A stretch of 64,000 nt of DNA from positions 1 to 64,000 of the forward strand of contig JAWXAY010000029.1 of NCBI GenBank assembly GCA_034439715.1, read 5' to 3'. This DNA comes from Pseudomonadota bacterium (GTDB lineage: Bacteria > Bdellovibrionota > Bdellovibrionia > Bdellovibrionales > SG-bin7). The notes below the pieces were generated by a model. That model did not search any database, was not told the DNA's origin, and was given only the letters and a program-made list of their open reading frames with translations. Made by a program: the position numbers and the translations under genes. Shown in pieces: positions 39,987-49,009 of this stretch (position 1 is its first letter; each line of letters begins with the position of its first letter).

Positions 39987-40147
39987 TCGTAATTTTGTCT
40001 CGAGCCATCGCAATCTGTCAAAGACCTTCTAAGAATCAATGTGGGCTTTAAAAAAAAGACAAATTTCTCTACTCGACACGGGAAACACTTTATATTTAAA
40101 TGGTATTAGGTCTAGGATACTAATTGTTCATTCTTGATGAGGTAATA

Positions 40148-40867
40148 ATGAGTCGCTTCACCGATCATTCAAATGCTATTTACTCAAAAACCCAAAAAGA
40201 TTGCTCTGATTTTTCAGCCCGACCCGCAGTAAAAACAGCTCAGCAAAAAATAATATCCGTGATACGCGACGGAAAATTACTGGGAGAACACAAGACATTT
40301 TTAGATGTTGGATGCGGAGCGGGGCAGTTTGTGGCACTAGTTAAAAAAGAACTCAACGCCGAGGCTACAGGAGTTACCCTAAGTAAAGATGAAATCCAAA
40401 CTGCCCAAAAGAATAGTGTTTCTCTTATTTATTCAGATATGCACGACATAAATTCAAGCGATGGCTCCTTTCAAGTTGTATATGCAGGCCATGTCATTGA
40501 GCACAGTGTCGCTCCACTCGTGGCTTTGTTTGAGTGGCGACGTGTTTTAGCCCAAAATGGCTATTTACTTATTTGGAGTCCCGTTGGACGGGATTTTAAA
40601 GGATTTGATGACGGTACCGTCGTCTATGGATGCTCCGACCATTTGTTAACTCCTACTGAATGGCAATACAAATGGATGTTTCATCTGGCTGAGTTTGATT
40701 TGGTAGCTGAATATGACCTTCCCTACCAATCATGGGGAAGGAAGGCAAAACTGAAAAGAGCTCTTACTCGTTTTGCCGGCAAGATACTGTCCGTGTTAAG
40801 ACTGAGTATAGCCCCCAGATACACTCCTGGCACTGCGGCACTTTTTGTTTTAAAAAAAAGGCCTTAA
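40148..40867 (+). CDS. Class I SAM-dependent methyltransferase
   Basis: GAGG RBS; FLDVGCGAG, GVTLS, DMH, HVIEH. Confidence 0.88.
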   Translation: MSRFTDHSNAIYSKTQKDCSDFSARPAVKTAQQKIISVIRDGKLLGEHKTFLDVGCGAGQFVALVKKELNAEATGVTLSKDEIQTAQKNSVSLIYSDMHDINSSDGSFQVVYAGHVIEHSVAPLVALFEWRRVLAQNGYLLIWSPVGRDFKGFDDGTVVYGCSDHLLTPTEWQYKWMFHLAEFDLVAEYDLPYQSWGRKAKLKRALTRFAGKILSVLRLSIAPRYTPGTAALFVLKKRP

Positions 40868-40899
40868 ACCGTCTCAAAACGATACATAGATTTGAGCCT

Positions 40900-40926
40900 T
40901 AAGTCCTGGAAAAATCCAGCCGATTA
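40900..40926 (+). promoter_or_regulatory. sigma28 (FliA) promoter
   Basis: TAAG-N15-GCCGATTA. Confidence 0.8.
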
Positions 40927-40951
40927 GACCATACGAATGTCGGAGGTCACC

Positions 40952-41245
40952 ATGTACAGTCCAGATCAAGTATTAAGCGTTTACGAATTCCTGTTGCATA
41001 CTCCTGAAGGAGCACTGAGAAAGATGCTAAAAGACGAAAAGACAACAGATGTGCATATCAATCTTCTTTTAAAGATAGTTAAAGGTGCCACCAAAGATCA
41101 ATTTATCGAGCACTTTACTAAAGCTACATTTCCGGTAATTAAATTTAATGCCAACGACCTAAAAATTAAAGAAACCTTTTGGGTAAACTGTTGCGGAAGT
41201 TTAGAGTCCATAGGACTGTTGAGCAAAAAGAAAGTAGCTGCTTAA
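40952..41245 (+). CDS. Small cytoplasmic hypothetical protein (97 aa)
   Basis: GGAGG RBS before ATG 40952; FliA promoter upstream. Confidence 0.8.
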   Translation: MYSPDQVLSVYEFLLHTPEGALRKMLKDEKTTDVHINLLLKIVKGATKDQFIEHFTKATFPVIKFNANDLKIKETFWVNCCGSLESIGLLSKKKVAA

Positions 41246-41251
41246 CAACCT

Positions 41252-41962
41252 CTATTTGCCGAGCGGTTCAGCTTCTAAGGGCTGGCTATTTGAGGGCATC
41301 GGTTTTATCAATTGCTCCTTTTTTTTCATTCTTGCACGTTCTTTAATATAGTCGTTATATGATTTTAAAAGCTGGTTGAATTCGGAAGTTTTAGACCTAG
41401 CCGAGAACTCAAAATCCTTTTGTTTTGTTCTCATTTGTTCCTCAAAAGACATTCGCTTTTCTCGACTATCTGCAAAAGTTGCCTCGCGCTTTTGAGACTG
41501 TAATTCGCTAAAATATCGACGCTCGTCAGAACTTTTTTTTGACCGATTAAATCCATCGCGATCACTTTTTTGTTCCTGCAAAAACTTTTCTCGCGAGATT
41601 TTTTCAATACGAGTAAATTCATCACGCTCGGTCTTCAATCCGCGCTGAAATTCGTTTCTTTTTTTTTGCATAATACGATTAAATCTGTTGCTGATCTCAT
41701 ATGACGGAAGAATATTCTCACTGGTGTTAGGATTCAATGAGTTCAGCAAGAGAGCAAGTTCGTCGTTTTCCTTTTTTATTTCGCTAGGTAAATCTTTGCG
41801 AAGCTCATCCAGTCTAGAGCGGTCCTCAGATAAACTAACTTCGTTATCTTTGCCTTCATAGTCATTAGTACCGGGACTGGTAGCACAGGCACCTATCCCG
41901 AAAGCGAGTCCGGCCCACAAGATAGACGAAATTTTGACATGCGACTTAAGCTCAATCTTCAT
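41252..41962 (-). CDS. Charged alpha-helical lipoprotein
   Basis: Lipobox IGAC; E/K/R-rich coiled coil. Confidence 0.75.
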   Translation of the reverse strand: MKIELKSHVKISSILWAGLAFGIGACATSPGTNDYEGKDNEVSLSEDRSRLDELRKDLPSEIKKENDELALLLNSLNPNTSENILPSYEISNRFNRIMQKKRNEFQRGLKTERDEFTRIEKISREKFLQEQKSDRDGFNRSKKSSDERRYFSELQSQKREATFADSREKRMSFEEQMRTKQKDFEFSARSKTSEFNQLLKSYNDYIKERARMKKKEQLIKPMPSNSQPLEAEPLGK

Positions 41963-42017
41963 TCATTTAGCTTAGATTTCCTTCATTAAAATGACAAGGT
42001 CTAATAAAATAATAGTC

Positions 42018-42659
42018 ATGTGGATTCATAAGCTGCCACCCAAAAGAGAGTCTGGCCATTTCCATCAACGTCGAAGTGTTTACTTGAAAAGGCAGTTTCA
42101 GTCTAAGTATTCACTTTACTTAATGGGATCACTCCTTGCCGCACTTTTAGTCGCAGGAATACCGGTCTATTATTTCCTAAATCAAAATTACCGCATTTTT
42201 ACAGAGCTTGCCATCAATCAAGCTCCTGAGCTTATTCAAACGCTCGAAATGGAGCAATCCTGGCTGGTCAGAGTATTAGTGCTAACCCTTTTATTCTCGC
42301 TCCTCTTCTTTTTTTACTTCGGATTAAAGTGGACCTCGCGAATTGTCGGACCGCTGCTGGTGCTACAAAGTCACATGCAAAAAACGTCAAGAGGAGACTT
42401 TAATTCGCCTCAATTAAAAGTTAGAGAAAACGATGAATTTCAAGACTTGATTGCGACCTATAACTATTTCTATTTGCTCTTAAGGCAAAAGACAATTGCT
42501 GATTTAGAAAAGCTAAAACGGATTGAGCCTAACCCCAGCGATCGATTGGCACATATTCTTTGGTCGGAATTAGTAAATGAGCGTTTAATTCAATTACAGA
42601 AATCCGCGATAAATGAGACTGCTAAAACTGTTACGAACCAAGTCAGCCGAGTATCTTAG
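42018..42659 (+). CDS. Two-TM HAMP-domain protein without an output domain
   Basis: FQSKY then TM1; TM2 then SRIVGPL...GDF...VRENDEFQDL. Confidence 0.7.
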   Translation: MWIHKLPPKRESGHFHQRRSVYLKRQFQSKYSLYLMGSLLAALLVAGIPVYYFLNQNYRIFTELAINQAPELIQTLEMEQSWLVRVLVLTLLFSLLFFFYFGLKWTSRIVGPLLVLQSHMQKTSRGDFNSPQLKVRENDEFQDLIATYNYFYLLLRQKTIADLEKLKRIEPNPSDRLAHILWSELVNERLIQLQKSAINETAKTVTNQVSRVS

Positions 42660-44377
42660 TGAAGTCATTACTTCAAAAATTTAAAAGAATCTCTGGGTTT
42701 ATTTCCCCCCCTGTTCTGAAATCATACCTTTTTGCTCTGGCTCTCACTATGGTCGTGGTGGTCTGCGAGATTATTTTTCCTTTCACTCTCCAGGCCTTAA
42801 TATTCAGTGCTGGGATTGCACCTGGGTCAATGACATTAACCAATGGATTTTTTGGACTTAATACCACAACCATTGTTATTGCTCTAACTGGTGTTTCGCT
42901 CATAAAAGCTCTCGCTCAAGGAATTACACTCTACCTTAGCTGTTCAATTACCCAGAGCTTTAGAGCGCACATTAGAGCAAAGTTGACGGAGTGGCTGTTA
43001 AGTGGAAAGCGAATTTCGCAGGGCAGTTTTCTATCCTTTTACGGTGAGCTAACTAATAAGGTGGGCGAAATGTTATTGGACCTTCAAGGTGCAATCACTA
43101 ATACACTGCTATCGTTGGCATTTTTTTTGGTTCTCCTCAAGCTTTCGCCAATCCTAACACTCGGAGCAGTAATAGGACTGGGCCTCGTTGTACTTCCTCT
43201 CAGAAAATCTACAGACCTCATTAAACATCACGGAGACCAAATTAATAACCTTTGGGAAAATCTAAATAAAAATCTTATTTTGATTTTTAAAAATGTCTTT
43301 TTTTTGAGAATCTATGGATTAGAAAAAGATATTAGTAATTCGTCAAACAAGAATCTCAAAGACTTTTTAGGAAGCTACCTTAAATTTGTCACGTTTCAAG
43401 CGGTAAATACTTTTCTGCCCCAGGTGATCGGTATTTTAGTTCTAGTTATAATTTGTCTTTCCGCTAAGAAATTTCATTTATTAGAAACCGAGTTAATCAT
43501 TCCTTATTTATATCTATTTTTTCGCTTTTCCCAAAATTTTTCTAGTTTTATGGGACTATTCTCGAGCATTTCATTTCGCCTTAAACCCGCGCGGCAGCTC
43601 TATGGATGGTGGCTAAATCATGATCCTCTTTCCCAAGATACTAAAACTTTAATTAGCTCTCCGTCGAACACTAATAGTTCAGTTGATCGATCGCCATTTG
43701 GATGGAAAGTCAGCAATGTTACTTTTCAATACTCAGATACTCAGCACACGGTATTTCAAAACTTTTCCGCTCAGATAAACCCTGGTGAAATCACTGTTAT
43801 TACCGGCAAGTCCGGAAGAGGAAAGTCTACGCTCATTAATTTACTCGTAGGCGAAGAAACTCAACAAGCGGGGTCTGTCTTTGTCACCTATTCTGAAGGT
43901 GGCCGTGCAAAGAATAGTAAGGTTTTAGACTCAAAATCTTGGATTCAGAATCGCCTCGGCTACGTCAGTTCCGAGAACTATCTGTTTTCTGGAACAATTA
44001 TTGATAATCTTCTTTTTGGATTAAAGTCCAAACCTACGCCTGAGGAGATCAACAGTGCACTATCCAGATCTCATTGCGATTTCCTAGTTGATGGTATGAA
44101 AAATTTGAATAATTTGCTTGGCGACCATGGTGATGGATTGTCTATTGGTCAAAGACAACGCCTCTGTCTAGCGCGAGCTTTGCTAAGAAAACCGGCGGCC
44201 CTTATCCTGGATGAAGCGACATCAAATCTCGATGTTGAAAGCCAAGCAAAATTTATGGAGACCCTAAAATCACTAAAAGGTAGTCTAACTGTTGTCATCA
44301 TTACTCATCGACTCGAACTCTTAGAGCTTGCCGACCAACACATAGATTTAGAGTCTAGTGCGGCTATTTCAGCCTAA
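42659..44377 (+). CDS. ABC exporter, fused TMD-NBD (PglK/MsbA/HepA-like glycan flippase)
   Basis: N-terminal multi-TM domain; GKSGRGKST, LSIGQRQR, ILDEATS, ITH. Confidence 0.88.
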   Translation: MKSLLQKFKRISGFISPPVLKSYLFALALTMVVVVCEIIFPFTLQALIFSAGIAPGSMTLTNGFFGLNTTTIVIALTGVSLIKALAQGITLYLSCSITQSFRAHIRAKLTEWLLSGKRISQGSFLSFYGELTNKVGEMLLDLQGAITNTLLSLAFFLVLLKLSPILTLGAVIGLGLVVLPLRKSTDLIKHHGDQINNLWENLNKNLILIFKNVFFLRIYGLEKDISNSSNKNLKDFLGSYLKFVTFQAVNTFLPQVIGILVLVIICLSAKKFHLLETELIIPYLYLFFRFSQNFSSFMGLFSSISFRLKPARQLYGWWLNHDPLSQDTKTLISSPSNTNSSVDRSPFGWKVSNVTFQYSDTQHTVFQNFSAQINPGEITVITGKSGRGKSTLINLLVGEETQQAGSVFVTYSEGGRAKNSKVLDSKSWIQNRLGYVSSENYLFSGTIIDNLLFGLKSKPTPEEINSALSRSHCDFLVDGMKNLNNLLGDHGDGLSIGQRQRLCLARALLRKPAALILDEATSNLDVESQAKFMETLKSLKGSLTVVIITHRLELLELADQHIDLESSAAISA

Positions 44378-45387
44378 GGTTGCATAAGATTTCTTTTGAG
44401 AATACTTAAATCTCGATACATTTTTCGACCCGAAAAAAAAGTTTGGCGATATATAGCAGAGCTTTTCCAGACTTTGAAAAATGGTATTATCTGGGTATTA
44501 ATTAAGTTTGTCCAAGCCAATGCAAGGCTTTCTTCGCTAGTTTCTTTCGCTCTTTCTTTTCCGTTTTTTATCATTTGATGATAAAAATCTCGGTGTGTTT
44601 TTAAAAACTTAAGGTGCGCAATTACTGCGTTAAGATCGTTAGCAACCAGAAAATCAAGTTTTGACTTCATTTCGAACTGGTAGGCAGAGTTTGTGTCAAC
44701 GATTGCTGGTACGCCTGCATGCCAGGCATTATACAGCTTTGTTGCTGGTTTGGGTGTGAGTTCATTGTTACTGAATGATCTCACGGCAATCAGACAATCC
44801 ATTTTGGAATAGTCATTCCACTCTCCAGGATAATTTCTTTCAAGCCAGTTGAGTTGGAGACCACGTAATGCTACTTTCCACTCCTCCAGTCCAAAATGTC
44901 TGTCACTGTTTTCTTTTACTCCAAAATAACCAACGTTTTGAAATACATCATCACGAGAAATATCTCTAGGCACGAGTCCTGGTTGTGGCCAATGTCGCAC
45001 AAAGTAATCTAGACCGAGCGGAGAAAGCCATCTTTGGTTCCATGCACTACCAAATTTGCTCTCTTTGGGATTCTGCACTAGATGTATTTGAGCAAGTGGA
45101 TGGCGATCCCTATCGGCCTGTACACAAACAAACAATTGACTTGATGAAGGCGCTAGATCAATCGGTAAATGGTCACGATGTGCGAATATTATGCCCTCAC
45201 TTGGTATAACTGAAGTCAATATTACGCTTTGATCTCTGACTTTTAACACTAAGTAAGTCTGCAAAATCCAAGCAAATTCGCCGCTCAAAAAATTAGGAAA
45301 GAGATCAGTGCGATTTTGGGGGAAGGAATCGGAGAATGTTTTTTTATCTAAGTAAAAGTAAATCAATTGACCGATCTCCAAGTTCAA
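44374..45387 (-). CDS. Putative GT-B glycosyltransferase
   Basis: WILQTY, KPATKLYNAWHAGVPAI; located in a GT operon. Confidence 0.7.
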   Translation of the reverse strand: MNLEIGQLIYFYLDKKTFSDSFPQNRTDLFPNFLSGEFAWILQTYLVLKVRDQSVILTSVIPSEGIIFAHRDHLPIDLAPSSSQLFVCVQADRDRHPLAQIHLVQNPKESKFGSAWNQRWLSPLGLDYFVRHWPQPGLVPRDISRDDVFQNVGYFGVKENSDRHFGLEEWKVALRGLQLNWLERNYPGEWNDYSKMDCLIAVRSFSNNELTPKPATKLYNAWHAGVPAIVDTNSAYQFEMKSKLDFLVANDLNAVIAHLKFLKTHRDFYHQMIKNGKERAKETSEESLALAWTNLINTQIIPFFKVWKSSAIYRQTFFSGRKMYRDLSILKRNLMQP

Positions 45388-46718
45388 ACAAGTTTTTCAA
45401 AGATCTCAACAAATGATTTCGTCATCGCTGACGCCCAATAACGTTCGCACTCTTTGTCATTTATCTTCGACTTGTCTTGGTCAACCGTAAAAAATCGAAC
45501 AAGAGTTTCAATCTGTGCGCTTTGATCTCCATCCAAAAATATTCCCAAGCCGCATTTTGTAAGCTCAGAGCGAGCTTCGCTGGGGTCTGGCACCATTGCA
45601 ATTACGGACTTTTTTAGTCCAATAAAATCTACCATTTTGGCAAAGTTGGCCCACCAAAACGCAGTCCTCCCCGGGATCAATACAACAGCTTTTGCGCCTT
45701 TTATATACTGATAAAGAACTGATTGGGAAACATGGTCCCTAAACATCACTGAATTATTTAAGTTAAATTTTTCGATGCTCTCTTCAGTCCATAATCTGTT
45801 GATTTCCTCATGCCCAACAATCAGAAACTTTAAGCCGGTACTTTTAATTTCAGGTCTTGCTAACACCTGACTGAGAATTTTAAAAAAATGATCACCATAT
45901 TCCTTTAGATATTCTCCACAAAAAAGTATATAAGGCGAATCCAGAGCTTCTACGCTGGCCTGGGACTCAAATAATTTCTCGTCGACACCGGTAGGAATAA
46001 AAACCGTTTTATTTGACCGATACAAATCGTAAAAGATATTTCGATAGCTGGCTGCCAGACCTGTTACAACATCGGCATTCCGATGAGTCATCCGCTCAAT
46101 CTCTCGTTGAAGCATAAACACTTCGTCAATTTGAGAGCATGTTGTTTGTGAATAGGTCGCAGGATCTCTAAAGTCCGCCACCCAAGCACAATCGCTCTTT
46201 TGCTTTAGTTCATTGCCTATAACGTTGCAGGTATAAGGTAAACAAGTGGTGTAAATTACTCTAATATTATTTTTTCGAATTAAATCGAGTCCCTTTCTAA
46301 TGGCCGGACGACACCAAGTCCAATACGGATCGGGTACCCATAACCAGTGAGCCAGCAAGTAATGATAAATCTTTTCAACTATTCCCTTCTTTTTGATACT
46401 ATCCATAGAAAGGTGCGTTCGCGCGGATTTCTTGATTTGAAGGTAAGATCGATCTTTACCTCCCAACCACATTCTCAAACCTCTAAGACTTGGCTCAACG
46501 TATTTTACTCGATGAATTTCTACTTCCTTGGGAAGTTCTTCTATTAAATTCGGATCTTCATTGTAGTTATAATTTCGATCTACCGTTAAGACTATTGGCT
46601 TCCAACCATATTCACATAAATATTTTGCCAATTTGTGAACTCTAAAAACTGCAGCGTGACTTTGCGGCGCAAAAAACGGCGTTACTAATAATACAGTTTT
46701 ACGGTCTGTTGGATTCAT
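45384..46718 (-). CDS. Glycosyltransferase family 4-like
   Basis: FFAP...RVHKLAKYL..YGW, VPDP, WVADFRDP. Confidence 0.85.
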   Translation of the reverse strand: MNPTDRKTVLLVTPFFAPQSHAAVFRVHKLAKYLCEYGWKPIVLTVDRNYNYNEDPNLIEELPKEVEIHRVKYVEPSLRGLRMWLGGKDRSYLQIKKSARTHLSMDSIKKKGIVEKIYHYLLAHWLWVPDPYWTWCRPAIRKGLDLIRKNNIRVIYTTCLPYTCNVIGNELKQKSDCAWVADFRDPATYSQTTCSQIDEVFMLQREIERMTHRNADVVTGLAASYRNIFYDLYRSNKTVFIPTGVDEKLFESQASVEALDSPYILFCGEYLKEYGDHFFKILSQVLARPEIKSTGLKFLIVGHEEINRLWTEESIEKFNLNNSVMFRDHVSQSVLYQYIKGAKAVVLIPGRTAFWWANFAKMVDFIGLKKSVIAMVPDPSEARSELTKCGLGIFLDGDQSAQIETLVRFFTVDQDKSKINDKECERYWASAMTKSFVEIFEKLV

Positions 46719-47856
46719 TATCCGTCCAGTTTAACCCAATCCTATACATAGTCGAGTACAAATGATCTACGTAGTCTTCAATAGCAAATCGACTGAGAGC
46801 CTGAGCTTTAGCTTTTTGACCCAAGCTAATTGCGTACTGACGATCAGTAATCAAGAGGCTCATTTTTTGAGCCAGGGCCTTACTATCCAAAGCTTCATAG
46901 GTAAACCCCGTCCTGTCGGGTTCGACAATCTCAACTGGCCCACCAACATTTGGCACAATAACAGGTAAACTGCAAAGCATGGCCTCGACAATTACCATAC
47001 CAAAGGGCTCGAATGGAGCCGCATGACAGAAAGCATTGCAGGCTGCCATCACACGCTCGACATCCGAGCGCATTCCCAGAAATCGAACACTCGATTCAAT
47101 CTGATTGGCTTTTACATGAGCTTCTAACTCCGGACGTAATGGGCCATCACCACATATCACAAGGACACCTTCTTGATTGAATTTATTTTTTAGTTCTACG
47201 AGCGCATCGATTATTATATCAAACCGCTTATTTACGCCTTTTCCCATGCTACCCGCTGCACAGAACAAGAATGTGTGGGGCGTAGCCCCCAAAGCCGTGC
47301 GATCCAAGGCTAGGGCGTTAGCAAATCGATCTGCTTTGATTCCAATATGCATCACCTTAGTTTTGAATTTAAACACTTTATGAGTCGAAATATACCATTT
47401 CTGTAAACTATAACTGCATAAAATTATTTTGCTGGCAAAAAACTGCAGAGTAAAATTTGTGACCTTCCAAAAAATTCCAGTTAAGTAAATATCTCCGTGC
47501 TCAAATGCAAATCTGTTCGGGATTCTTAGCAACCAGGCAATCGGTAGGACAAATAGTCTACTCCAGCTTAAATGAACCTCCACATGTGACGGCTTATGGG
47601 ATTTTATTAATTTGAATAATTCTAGAAAAATAAAGAGAAACTTTTTTTTTGATACACGCTTTTCAAAATTGAAAACTGTGACCTCGATGCCAAGTTTTTT
47701 TAACTCGTTTTCGATGCCACCACCGCCAAAAAGAGAAACCACGTGATGCCTGCCAGAATATTTTTTTTTTGCCTGCTCGATCATCGAAACTAAATGAGTC
47801 TGGGCGCCGCCGATTTTGAGTTCATCTATAAAGTGGAGAATCAGCGGACTGTCCAA
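46699..47856 (-). CDS. Glycosyltransferase family 4
   Basis: GGAQ, GDGPLR, FLGMRSDV, EPFGMVIVEAM. Confidence 0.92.
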   Translation of the reverse strand: MDSPLILHFIDELKIGGAQTHLVSMIEQAKKKYSGRHHVVSLFGGGGIENELKKLGIEVTVFNFEKRVSKKKFLFIFLELFKLIKSHKPSHVEVHLSWSRLFVLPIAWLLRIPNRFAFEHGDIYLTGIFWKVTNFTLQFFASKIILCSYSLQKWYISTHKVFKFKTKVMHIGIKADRFANALALDRTALGATPHTFLFCAAGSMGKGVNKRFDIIIDALVELKNKFNQEGVLVICGDGPLRPELEAHVKANQIESSVRFLGMRSDVERVMAACNAFCHAAPFEPFGMVIVEAMLCSLPVIVPNVGGPVEIVEPDRTGFTYEALDSKALAQKMSLLITDRQYAISLGQKAKAQALSRFAIEDYVDHLYSTMYRIGLNWTDNESNRP

Positions 47857-47865
47857 ACGGTTATC

Positions 47866-48843
47866 CTATTTAGATTTCTGAAACCAGTGCCACGCATGGC
47901 CTATAGTTTCGTCAAGATTTGTATACTTGGGAGTCCAGCCAAGCACGGATTTGGACTTGTCAGGTGAAGCAACTAGCCGCGGGGGGTCTCCTGGCCGACG
48001 CGATCCATACTCAATTAAAACTCTTTGACCAGAAACTTTCTCAACGCACTTTATAACTTCCAAGACAGAATTACCCTTGCCTGTACCCAAATTAATTCCA
48101 GTGGTTCGACCGCCCTTATCTAAATAATTTAATGCTAAATAGTGAGCTTCGGCCAAGTCAGAGACATGAATATAATCTCGAACGCATGTTCCGTCATCCG
48201 TGTCGTAATCTTTACCAAATACAGTTATCGGCTTTCCATCTCTTAGCGCCATAAAAATAAGGGGAATTAAATGTGTTTCAGGATTGTGATTTTCTCCTAG
48301 TTCCCCCTCTGGATCAGCGCCCGCAGCATTAAAGTAACGCAAATGAACGCCTTGAAATCCAAAGGCACTTGAATAGTCTTCAATAGCTCGCTCCATGACA
48401 AACTTTGTAAAACCATAAGTGTTTATGGGCAACTTTGCCTCATCTTCAGTTATCGGCACTTTATTTGGAACTCCATAAACGGCCGCGCTACTCGAAAAAA
48501 TTATTTTTTTACAGTTAGTTTTTCTCATGGCTTCGAGAAGACTTAGCGTGCCGGAAACATTGTTTTCGTAGTATTTCTGAGGCTCTTTAGCCGATTCTCC
48601 TACATTGGTAAAAGCCGCAAAATGAAAAACTACTGACGGATTGGTTTTTTTAAAGGCGGCAAGTAATTCGGAGTGATTATTGATATCTATTTTTAAGTGA
48701 GAGCCCCACTTACACGCACTTTTGTGACCGTTAACAAGATTATCAATAACGGTGACCTCAGATTGCCGCTTTGAAAGGTGCTTGCAAAGATGAGAACCGA
48801 TATATCCTGCACCGCCGGTTACTACTATTTTATGTTCGACCAA
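47866..48843 (-). CDS. galE: UDP-glucose 4-epimerase
   Basis: GGAGYIGSH, FSSSAAVYG, YGFTK, LRYFNAAGA, ETHLIP, DGTCVRDYIHV. Confidence 0.95.
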   Translation of the reverse strand: MVEHKIVVTGGAGYIGSHLCKHLSKRQSEVTVIDNLVNGHKSACKWGSHLKIDINNHSELLAAFKKTNPSVVFHFAAFTNVGESAKEPQKYYENNVSGTLSLLEAMRKTNCKKIIFSSSAAVYGVPNKVPITEDEAKLPINTYGFTKFVMERAIEDYSSAFGFQGVHLRYFNAAGADPEGELGENHNPETHLIPLIFMALRDGKPITVFGKDYDTDDGTCVRDYIHVSDLAEAHYLALNYLDKGGRTTGINLGTGKGNSVLEVIKCVEKVSGQRVLIEYGSRRPGDPPRLVASPDKSKSVLGWTPKYTNLDETIGHAWHWFQKSK

Positions 48844-49009
48844 TCTGTCTCCTCGCTACGACAATCTGTCTTTGAATTTTAGCTAACTCTGGGCGATTAA
48901 GCAAAAGCTTGCTTATTCAACTTAACCCCAACCTTTGGCTAGCTTTTCGCCTACACCCTTGTTAGGTAACTGCTTTTCTTCTGTTGGCAGCTATGTAACA
49001 ATTTTACGA

